A DNA stretch of 64,000 nt from a virus (Duplodnaviria > Caudoviricetes): the IMG/VR virus record IMGVR_UViG_3300020048_000002, one strand, 5' to 3'. This document shows, piece by piece, positions 47,901 to 55,110 of the stretch. The notes beneath the pieces are model-generated. The model saw only the letters and a list, made by a program, of their open reading frames with translations. It did no database searches and was not told the origin of the DNA. Numbering within the stretch: position 1 is the first letter of the stretch; every line of letters starts with the position of its first letter. The translations under genes and the position numbers were made by a program.

Positions 47901-49026
47901 CGGCACCCTTTACCAAACCCATGTCGATCAGGCACGCCATGAAGTCTCGCCGGATTTCCTCGTTAGAGGCAGTCAAGGTGATGTCTTTCGTGAGGGACCC
48001 GTCCCCGATGAGGTACCCCACCACCTTGACCTCTGCGTCCGTAAACAAACGCTGACCCTCGAAAGACATTTGCTTTGGGGTCGCTACCCAATCCCCTTCC
48101 CGAAGAGTGGATAGTTCCTTCCAACCTGCCGGGGTAAAAAACTTGTGGTTGTCCGTCGCCCCAATGGTTCGTCCCGACGACAAGGTCAGGTCGAACACTT
48201 CGCGCACCCCGTTCTGAACGAGATGTGAGGCTGGGGTGCGAATCAGCCGGAAGGTTTCGCCCTCACGGTCGAGAGCGGTGACAACGGGCACGTCACCCGT
48301 CTCATACATCTCTTGCAAGGTGCGACGCCGGTTCGTGCGGTGGTCATACACCGTCACGTCTCCCGCGAGACACTTGAGTTCCCCCGGAAATGCAGCGTGA
48401 ACCCACAACTCGCCCTTCTTGATACCGTGGCTCACCGAATCGATGTTGTTGAGTCCGGTGAACTTTCCCCACACCTTGTCTTTGTTGACCTTGGCGTCGA
48501 GATAAGAGTCCCACATGGCTTGCCCGTCGAGCCGGATGTCTCCCGCCGTCCGAGCATTGAAGTCCGATAGGACGAGATCATGGGCCTTTTGCGTGAAGTA
48601 AATGAGCCCCTCTCGAACTCCCTGCTTCCGAATCTTCTCCCGACCCTCCTGGATGATGAGCCCCTTGTTGATAATCTCATGGGCTTCCTTCAGAAGGGTC
48701 GTTGCCTTGATTCGATTCTGCTCCTCTAGGAGAGTCGTAATCAGGTGAGCGAAGTTGGTACGAACGTACCAAGGGGCTGCTGCAATGTCCTTCAGCCGTT
48801 CGTTGGCCTCTAGGTCGCCCGTCTTGTCGAAGTAGTCGATGACGGTCTGAGCCGAAGGCATTTCCAGTCGTTGCTGGAAGTACGAAGCAAGGAAATCGTA
48901 AACCTTGGCATCGTCCGGGCGGTTCCATTCGATGCGCGCCTGCGTCACCTTCTGGAAATTTTGGACAAGCTGCTCCGGGGTGATCTGCCCGTCGAAGTCA
49001 ATGCAGGATCGGAGTAGGCGCTTCAT
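44971..49026 (-). CDS. dnaB: replicative DNA helicase (DnaB-like) with two inteins
   Basis: GIKKGEL...PGELK|TS, YSLEM, LIVIDH, QINR, E..AD, KNRD. Confidence 0.88.
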   Translation of the reverse strand: MKRLLRSCIDFDGQITPEQLVQNFQKVTQARIEWNRPDDAKVYDFLASYFQQRLEMPSAQTVIDYFDKTGDLEANERLKDIAAAPWYVRTNFAHLITTLLEEQNRIKATTLLKEAHEIINKGLIIQEGREKIRKQGVREGLIYFTQKAHDLVLSDFNARTAGDIRLDGQAMWDSYLDAKVNKDKVWGKFTGLNNIDSVSHGIKKGELWVHAAFPGELKCLAGDVTVYDHRTNRRRTLQEMYETGDVPVVTALDREGETFRLIRTPASHLVQNGVREVFDLTLSSGRTIGATDNHKFFTPAGWKELSTLREGDWVATPKQMSFEGQRLFTDAEVKVVGYLIGDGSLTKDITLTASNEEIRRDFMACLIDMGLVKGAADYVTPTFREVFQPNRAPSVRVSNSAGDGNSPMESPVRGLLDLLGLYGKGSYDKRVPDDFFSLPEDQVALLIGALWSTDGSCHHGDHERDDRESDCHRNDISYASVSRGLCLDVQALLLRLGIQSTVTQVNTTYRGEPYTFHTVRVVTRESKRVFAHRVVVVGKEADFAEVRARLLPGDDMSIPSDFVPDGAKVPFVHGKFRYASQVKGRSTMRADTATLFRQYPDVARVLDGDLTWEQVTSVVSRGREMTYDLSVPEHHTFVANDIVTHNTSFALNWCYNLATRYKSNILYYSLEMPYEQLRLQVYVIHSSHAKWRAQGYRPLDYRRVRDGELTPEEEAFYQKVIDDFCNNPEYCQFEIRSPDRDMTIDDIRLDAELTHKQMEVGLIVIDHGQLMEARKAKKSKDYVVELNSIIRDTKKFCLHFNHGEKIPVLMLFQINRQGKEEANKNDGRYKASALSYANECVAEGTLVLTDEGLVPIESVPMGALVWSRSGWKTVLNRFDNGVRPTLRVQTDKGLTLQVTSNHRLRVGGLDGWGWGYAENLKVGDYVGTTFGDYPFAKDPPNLPALDFQAYEKPQGMKQQPLVVPNHLTSDLAYLIGAFMGDGVFKEGLSTVGFTGNRKEVAVRTRLMEAFRSTFGQDMTLLESPSRSGSFDLLKSNKALTRWFKRVVVGEGRATAVPDVIRRATKSQVQAFLQGLFDTDGSINNQGSVALGMAAKSERLLQEVHLMLLGLGIDSTLSEGSTRLNGKSYKRFVLRIGSRLGVRTFMETVGFTEPHKTERLRNVVGSTKDNRATWPIGTLLADVVERCSGMSRAAKKAARRIRMGAVYASLGVIREVIDRLPETDPDRATLQERLDCVLPLKVTGVVQEAPIRVYDLEVTGDHEYSTNGFLSHNCEKSADVITTTYLNDEHRKNGTTLFCNLKNRDNPLIEPFMAKVEFACRRIYNLDSYQGADGSGMSIDDHQAVLDAMADV
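45211..46509 (-). mobile_element. intein 2 in DnaB (433 aa)
   Basis: YANE|CVAEG...QGLFDTDG...LSHN|CEKSAD. Confidence 0.92.
47089..48372 (-). mobile_element. intein 1 in DnaB Walker A (428 aa)
   Basis: GELK|CLAGD...GALWSTDG...VTHN|TSFA. Confidence 0.92.
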
Positions 49027-49889
49027 ACTGGACCTCCCCCTTTGTCGCCCTTCTTACCCTTTTTCCCCTTACGGTTACCACTTTCGCCAAGAATGGCTGC
49101 GTAGTCTGCCATGTCCACAACGGGGGCGTAGAACCGCTCTTTCGGCTGCGCCTTTGGCATTGGGGATGGACCTAGACCAACGTCCTCTACGGGTTCAGTG
49201 GACTCGCCCTCGAACCCGTGAGGGGCATCCTGAACGTCTCTTTCTCGCACGAGGTTGACGACATCGAAGAGGCGTTCGATGTAGTTCGCCACGTCCTCGT
49301 TGTAGGAGAAGTGCCCTGGACCAAACACACTCGATGGCACTTCCACCACCCAAGTAGGTTTGAGGGCCGATTCCCGAAGCATCAGGGCCTCTTTGAGGAT
49401 GCCGGGCATGGCGACGTTCTTGTAGCCGAGAAAGCCAAGTCGCAGCACGACAAGATCGAGATCCGGACCCACGAGATCCCCAATGCTGTTGTAGGTCACG
49501 ATCTCGTTCCGCACTTCTTTGGACCGTTGCCCGTAGCTCTCACCGCCGAGGTACACGGTCTTGAGCTTCTCGTCGGTCACAACCCGGTAGCGAAACATCG
49601 GACCCTTGCAGGCAAGGGTCCACTTGAGATGAGGGAGAAGGTCGGACCAGTACGACTTGATGAACAGGTTGTCCTTGGTCCGATCCACGGACGGAGGCGC
49701 ACCCTTCTCCCCTACCGCGTACAGCGGGCTTCGAGTCACCGTTGGGGCAGCGGCGATTTCTGGCCCCAGGTACGCCTTGAGCGTCTTAGCGTAAGAGCAG
49801 ATGCACTGCTGCACCCGCGAGTCGTCTCCGTTGACGTGGAGAAAACCCGTGTAGTTGCACTTGGGGCAACCGGTCTGCGGGACTGTCAT
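49023..49889 (-). CDS. putative helicase loader-like protein (Zn finger, degenerate ATPase)
   Basis: CPKC..TG...QCIC N-terminus like DnaC/DnaI; ATGA-coupled to DnaB. Confidence 0.55.
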   Translation of the reverse strand: MTVPQTGCPKCNYTGFLHVNGDDSRVQQCICSYAKTLKAYLGPEIAAAPTVTRSPLYAVGEKGAPPSVDRTKDNLFIKSYWSDLLPHLKWTLACKGPMFRYRVVTDEKLKTVYLGGESYGQRSKEVRNEIVTYNSIGDLVGPDLDLVVLRLGFLGYKNVAMPGILKEALMLRESALKPTWVVEVPSSVFGPGHFSYNEDVANYIERLFDVVNLVRERDVQDAPHGFEGESTEPVEDVGLGPSPMPKAQPKERFYAPVVDMADYAAILGESGNRKGKKGKKGDKGGGPV

Positions 49890-49908
49890 GTTGAGCCTTT
49901 TACACCGA

Positions 49909-51657
49909 TCATTCGTCGTCGTCGCCCTTGCCTTGCATACGACGAACAAGATCCTTCGTGGACGACTCCTTGCCGAAGTCGAGAGCGCCGACAGCGGACT
50001 CCCCGAGCACCCGATCGATCAGGTTCTTCTTTGACTGAAGAAGGGCCAGGACGTGGTGGTCGATGGTCTTGCGGTCCTTCTTCTTCTCACGGGGCCGCTC
50101 AGCGACAAGGTGGTAGCAGACGATGTGCTGATGAGGGCTCCCGATACGGATCGGACGACCAAGGAGCTGGACGTAGTTGCCCCACGACCACGGGGCGTCG
50201 TAAAACACCATCGCAGAGGCGGCTTGAAGGTTGATGGCTTCCGAGCCCGCATCCGTGATGAAGATGACCTTCGTGTCGGATTCGAGGTTCTGGAACGCCT
50301 CTTGGTTGCGACGACGGGCCTTGTCGTCTTCCTTACCGGTGATGCGGACGCTCTTGATCTTGGCCTCGGCCAGGATGTGCTGAAGACGTGGGACGATACT
50401 GGCGAACCTCGTGTAGACAATGACCTTTTCATCCTCTAGCTCATCGACGATGAGGTCGAGAAGCGCCTGTTCCTTTGAGCCGAGCTTGTCGATCTTGAGG
50501 TACTCGTCGCGGAACATGCCCGTTTCGATCTCGGTCCCTTCCTCGAACTTCAAGGTAGCGAGCGAGTTCACGACCTGCTGGCAATAGATGAGGCTGACGA
50601 ACGCCTTGTGCTCCTCGTAGTCCTTGACCGTACCGTCCCCTAGCTCGAACACGCCGGTTAGGGCCTCGGAGTACTTGGCGTCCTCGGCAGGGGTGATCTC
50701 GCAAGCGATTTCTTTCGTGATGAGGGTCGGAAGCTCCTCACTGATCGTGTGCTTTTGCCGCCCAAGAAAGAAAGGGTCGATACGGTCCCGGAAGTGCTGA
50801 AGATTCCGGTAGCCTACGACCAACGGGACCGAACGCCCACCGCCAACCGGCATGAGACGGGTCACGCAGTAGTCGTTCATGAACGCCGTCTTTGTCGAGA
50901 AAAGATCCGGTACGAGCGCCTTGTAGATCGAGAACCCCTCCATCAGGTTGTTCTTGAGCAAGGTCGCCGTGAGCCCGTAGACCCTATGAGATCTCTGCGA
51001 GAGCTGAGAGACCACCTGCCATGTCTTGGTCGAATGGTTCTTGAACGCCGTAGCTTCGTCGAACACAACGACGATGCTCTCCAGGTCGTTGGTGAGCCCG
51101 TTGACGAGCCCCCGCATCATCACACCCTTGTCCTTCGGGTGACTCTTCTTCAGCCCGCCACCGTGATCCCAGTCTCGTACTAGGATGTGGTAGTTGACGA
51201 GCAAAACGGGCTTCGTGTCCCCGTCCACCGGGTGCTTGGCCCAGGCTTCGTAGGTCTTGCGCCGTTCGTCCAGACTACCCGAGACGATGTACGTTTTGAC
51301 CCCCGTGGTGAACCGCTGAATCTCGCCGTCCCACTGACGCAGGGCGGACTTCGGGGTCACGACGATGACCTTGTTGGCCGGTTCCTTCGGCCAAAGGTAA
51401 CAGAGGGTACCTATCGTCTGAAGCGTTTTACCCGTGCCCGTGGCGTCCCCGAGCACGAGGCGCTTCATCATGAGCAGGTGGTAGATGCCCTGACACTGGT
51501 AGTACCGGAGCCGGAGAGGCTGAGGTTTCCCATCCAGCCCCTTGATCTCCGCCCGAAGCATCGGGGTCGGCTTGAGGGCTATCGTTTTGGACGCTCGAAC
51601 CTGCCTGAGCTTTTCGTAGGCAGTCGCAATCTCGGGAGGCAGTGGTTTATCAGCCAT
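49909..51657 (-). CDS. SNF2-family helicase
   Basis: LRYYQ, DATGTGKT, FDEAT, LTAT...NN, AGSEAINLQ, QLLGR..RIG. Confidence 0.9.
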   Translation of the reverse strand: MADKPLPPEIATAYEKLRQVRASKTIALKPTPMLRAEIKGLDGKPQPLRLRYYQCQGIYHLLMMKRLVLGDATGTGKTLQTIGTLCYLWPKEPANKVIVVTPKSALRQWDGEIQRFTTGVKTYIVSGSLDERRKTYEAWAKHPVDGDTKPVLLVNYHILVRDWDHGGGLKKSHPKDKGVMMRGLVNGLTNDLESIVVVFDEATAFKNHSTKTWQVVSQLSQRSHRVYGLTATLLKNNLMEGFSIYKALVPDLFSTKTAFMNDYCVTRLMPVGGGRSVPLVVGYRNLQHFRDRIDPFFLGRQKHTISEELPTLITKEIACEITPAEDAKYSEALTGVFELGDGTVKDYEEHKAFVSLIYCQQVVNSLATLKFEEGTEIETGMFRDEYLKIDKLGSKEQALLDLIVDELEDEKVIVYTRFASIVPRLQHILAEAKIKSVRITGKEDDKARRRNQEAFQNLESDTKVIFITDAGSEAINLQAASAMVFYDAPWSWGNYVQLLGRPIRIGSPHQHIVCYHLVAERPREKKKDRKTIDHHVLALLQSKKNLIDRVLGESAVGALDFGKESSTKDLVRRMQGKGDDDE

Positions 51658-51707
51658 GCCCCCTCTTACACCGGAGGACGGACCCAACCCGGTGTTTTTT
51701 GCAGCCA

Positions 51708-52255
51708 AAAACGCGAAAGGCCCGCATCCTTTCGGAGCGAGCCCTGCACGGGTTCTGGAGCACGTTTGCCTATGTTGGGCGTCTGTCGGCTCCTTGCGGT
51801 AGCCTTCCACCGATCCCATTCGGGGACCAGCCTTTCGACTGGTCACGACCTCCGAGGGGCCTCAGTATGCGGTTGCCCGCGATACCGTTCCACCTCTGCC
51901 CTCCTTGACCTCACCCGCCTGTTGCTTGCGGGGTGTTGGGGGCTGTCTCTCAGCACCTAGCTTGAGTCGGCTCTTTCGAGCGTTCTCACCGCACCCGTCC
52001 GGCCCGCTTGGATGGTGTTACCCACCGCGCTGCCTTCCCGGTCTGCCTGCCCGAACGGTGTCCGTTTCCTTCCACCGTCCTTGCCGCTTGACCGGCGGAC
52101 CCTTTCAGGTCCGTGGTCCCCTTCGAGCTTCTCGGCGATCCTTTCGGGGTCCGATTCACCGGCAGCCTTGCGCCTACCGTGTGTTGCTCTCTTAGGGGAA
52201 GACCGACAAACCCTTGGCCTTGCGGCACTCAGGTTCGGCGGTCAGCGCCGAAGAC
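51708..52255 (-). ncRNA. large structured non-coding RNA (~550 nt), class unassigned
   Basis: Intergenic; about ten GNRA-capped hairpins on the minus strand; long-range 5'/3' pairing; upstream promoter and 3' hairpin with U-tract. Confidence 0.8.
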
Positions 52256-52262
52256 GAGGCCC

Positions 52263-52290
52263 ACTATACGCAGGCTGAGACGAAGTGCAA
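52263..52290 (-). promoter_or_regulatory. sigma70-type promoter TTGCAC-N16-TATAGT for the ncRNA
   Basis: 16-bp spacer and GC-rich discriminator GGGCCTC, as in stable-RNA promoters. Confidence 0.7.
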
Positions 52291-52321
52291 CAACTATTTT
52301 CGACACCGATGTCGATTTTTC

Positions 52322-52885
52322 TCAATCGGCGGAAAACATGCTGTTTTGGAGCGATAAAAACCGCTGGACGACTCGTTCCGATGCAAGTCGGCAGTCGAGG
52401 TTGCGGGGTGGGGGCGTGTCCTGACGCCCCTTCCAGAACGTCGTGATGACGTGGGCCGTACGCCCACGTAGCTCGAACACGACTTTCAAGCTGTTCTTCC
52501 CCACCCACTCGATCTTCCGACCTTGAGAAACGTCACGGTACATCCGATCGTAGTTCGGATCTCGCTTCGCCTTCCACTCGTCCAGTTGACGCACGAAATC
52601 GGAGAGGGCCTGTCGAACATCCTCTACCGTGATGCTGCGCAAATCCATGCGGTATTGCCCGTGGGCCGTGATCAAGATCTCTTGGATCGGCCCGGTGCCC
52701 CGCTCCTTGTCCAGACGATAGATCTTGGAGGCATCGGAGTTGGATAGGTCCACCCCAGACTCCACCTCATCGATCATGTCCTCCTTGAGCTGAGGCTCCC
52801 GGACGGCACGATCGATTCGTTGGACTACCTGGCATGGGCCACCGGGCTTGCCGAGGGGCGGCGTGAGATCGGCTTCGTGTTTCAC
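52322..52885 (-). CDS. protein with DUF4258/RelE-like domain and C-terminal SERVVQRF tag
   Basis: ITAHGQYRMDLRSITVEDV...LKVVF......VITTF. Confidence 0.6.
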   Translation of the reverse strand: MKHEADLTPPLGKPGGPCQVVQRIDRAVREPQLKEDMIDEVESGVDLSNSDASKIYRLDKERGTGPIQEILITAHGQYRMDLRSITVEDVRQALSDFVRQLDEWKAKRDPNYDRMYRDVSQGRKIEWVGKNSLKVVFELRGRTAHVITTFWKGRQDTPPPRNLDCRLASERVVQRFLSLQNSMFSAD

Positions 52886-52892
52886 GGGGGCC

Positions 52893-53996
52893 TCACTTCA
52901 TCTGCGAGATAGCAGCTTCGAGCGTCGCTTTGGTGGACGGGGAGAGGTTGAACTTGTCGACGAATAGTTGCAGGAGCTTCTTGCCGTCCCGCATCCGAGT
53001 GACGTTCTTCTTCTCGCCTCCGTAGGTGTAATCCCCAAAGATCTTCCGTAGAAGCCCCGCCTGCATGAAGCGCGTGATGTCGTTCTCGTCAAGGTACTCA
53101 GCCTTGCCGTTACAAACGATGGCCACCGACTGCCAATCCGACGTGGAGTATCGTTCCTTCACCTGGTAGTGATGAGGCTTCTGGTCGTAAGACTTGCCGT
53201 AGGCAACCTCGATGACGTGCTTGCGCCCCATGACCTTGGGGTCGTCCCCGGCCACAGCTCCAGACTCAGCGAGCCAGTGCTTGATCGAGAGGGCCGATCC
53301 ACGCGGAGCCTTTTCGCTAAAGTGCCAACCACGGGCGTCCACAACCTTCGAGTTGAACTTGCCCTCGAAGCGAATGAGCTTCATGGCTTTGACGACATTC
53401 CCGTAAAGCCATGCCGGTTCGGTGCCTTCGCTACCCGAGATCGGAATCTCAAGCACCTTCATGGCCCACTTGTCCTGGTCGGCACCCGCACCGATGAAGT
53501 ACTGCTTGTAGATGAAGTGCTGTGCGGCCACGAAGACATGCTTTGAGTCCGTCTTGCCGTAAGCCACCCAGCAAGTATCCGAGCGGTAGAACTCGTCCGA
53601 CGAGTACCCGGTGCCCCGCTGCGTGTCGGTCACGAACTGCCAATCGACGCCGCCAGGGACACCAGCCTTGCTCTTGGCCTCGTCGAAAGAGACTTCCTCC
53701 GTCTTGGCTTTTTCCCAGTGCGTCTTTGTTGGACCACCGGAGCTAGGAGCGTCGTAGGAGCTAGGTCCCGAACGATCGTAGGTCGGACGCTGCTTGCCCG
53801 TGAGAACGTCCTTGGCGACGTTCACCTCGACCATCTTAGCGGGGTCGCCACCCCGGTCAGGGTGCATCTCGAACGCCTTGGTTCGCCATGCCTTCGTAAT
53901 CTCGGCCTCGGAAGGATTGTCTTGGGGGCCGAAACCAAGGAGGGCCTTGGCTTCTTCCATCGACATCGCGAGCATCAAAAAGGCGTAACGGTTCAT
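52893..53996 (-). CDS. J-domain (DnaJ-like) protein, paralog of 23467-24459
   Basis: MSMEEAKALLGF...HPDRGGDPAKMVEVNVAKDVL. Confidence 0.85.
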   Translation of the reverse strand: MNRYAFLMLAMSMEEAKALLGFGPQDNPSEAEITKAWRTKAFEMHPDRGGDPAKMVEVNVAKDVLTGKQRPTYDRSGPSSYDAPSSGGPTKTHWEKAKTEEVSFDEAKSKAGVPGGVDWQFVTDTQRGTGYSSDEFYRSDTCWVAYGKTDSKHVFVAAQHFIYKQYFIGAGADQDKWAMKVLEIPISGSEGTEPAWLYGNVVKAMKLIRFEGKFNSKVVDARGWHFSEKAPRGSALSIKHWLAESGAVAGDDPKVMGRKHVIEVAYGKSYDQKPHHYQVKERYSTSDWQSVAIVCNGKAEYLDENDITRFMQAGLLRKIFGDYTYGGEKKNVTRMRDGKKLLQLFVDKFNLSPSTKATLEAAISQMK

Positions 53997-54001
53997 TGTC
54001 T

Positions 54002-54610
54002 TCACCAAAGGTCGAAAGAAATGGTCATGTGCGGGTTGTGCTGCCACGTACCCCAAGTTACAGCGTATCCAGCGTACAGCCCTACCGTATCTGTGAGATC
54101 GAACCCCAAGCCAGCACCGACGGATCGAAACCCGACGTAGGCATTGAGGTTGGACCATTCAAGGAAAAATGGCTCGGCAAGGAGCCCAAAGTCCAGGCCC
54201 GCGTAACCGTCCTTCTCGACAAGGGCTGTCACGGGCAGGTAGCCCGGTGCAGCCTTGAGCCGGAATCGGAACCCCCACGTTTCTGGCTCGGCTCGCGCCA
54301 CAACGACGTTGAGCTTGGACTTAGCCTCAACCTCGTAGCCACACCACTTGAACCGTACCGTATACGGGATGGGGTCGCTCCCAGAAAGGAACACGCGCCC
54401 GTCCTTGTCCTGCACGACGGAGATCTTATCCAGATCAAGCTCCGGGGGCTTCGACTGCAAACAGTCCTTCTCCTGAAGGAGCTTCACGAATACGGCCATG
54501 TCGTCGGGCGGTACGCACGTCGACCCGTCTTGACACTCCGCCCCCAAACTCGACGATGCACACAGCAACACGAAAAGACATGCCGCCAAGGGTAAGAACT
54601 TGCGCATCAT
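54002..54610 (-). CDS. secreted / outer-membrane protein (possible spanin-like outer component)
   Basis: Signal peptide; amphipathic beta strands ending ISFDLW. Confidence 0.6.
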   Translation of the reverse strand: MMRKFLPLAACLFVLLCASSSLGAECQDGSTCVPPDDMAVFVKLLQEKDCLQSKPPELDLDKISVVQDKDGRVFLSGSDPIPYTVRFKWCGYEVEAKSKLNVVVARAEPETWGFRFRLKAAPGYLPVTALVEKDGYAGLDFGLLAEPFFLEWSNLNAYVGFRSVGAGLGFDLTDTVGLYAGYAVTWGTWQHNPHMTISFDLW

Positions 54611-55110
54611 CGTTTCCCGTACTTGTCGAGAAGGCTTTTGACGGTTGACGGTTTGACGTCGGACTTGTCCGTCACCTGGACCTGAGTGACGGTGGGCTGG
54701 ATCACCACGACTTGATCAACGTCATCGGCCTCAACCCCCGTTGGCAACTTCACTTCGGTAGGCTGCTTGTCCCCCGGAACCGCCACCGTGACTTGAGTCT
54801 TGTCGTCAAAGATCCCCGGAGGGGTCAAAGGTACAACGGGTACTTGAACTTGTCCCGTAGAGTCGGGTGTACCCAAAGGGATCGGTTGACCGTCACCGTC
54901 AACACGTCCAGGGGGTGGTGTGTTGGCTGGTCGCAAGGGCTCTTTCTTCCGCCCAAGGATGCGATCGACCAACCCCCCAACGTTTAGCTCTTTCCAGCCT
55001 ACGGCGATAAGGATGAAGCCTCCAACAAAAACGAGGAGAGCGACCCCAGGAGCCATCAGCTTCTCCCAGAGCCACTTTCCAATCGCTTTGAGACGGTCAG
55101 AGAGACTCAT
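54607..55110 (-). CDS. single-pass membrane protein (possible inner spanin-like component)
   Basis: N-terminal TM, Pro-rich soluble region; ATGA coupling to the next gene. Confidence 0.6.
   Translation of the reverse strand: MSLSDRLKAIGKWLWEKLMAPGVALLVFVGGFILIAVGWKELNVGGLVDRILGRKKEPLRPANTPPPGRVDGDGQPIPLGTPDSTGQVQVPVVPLTPPGIFDDKTQVTVAVPGDKQPTEVKLPTGVEADDVDQVVVIQPTVTQVQVTDKSDVKPSTVKSLLDKYGKR

Noticed and set aside
51708-52255. RNase P, tmRNA or self-splicing intron identity for the structured RNA
   Set aside because: No GAGGAAAGUCC/P4 signature, no tRNA-like ends or tag ORF, and it does not interrupt a gene
51905-52424. Short ORFs across the ncRNA region
   Set aside because: No RBS or promoter logic and non-protein-like composition; RNA structure explains the sequence better
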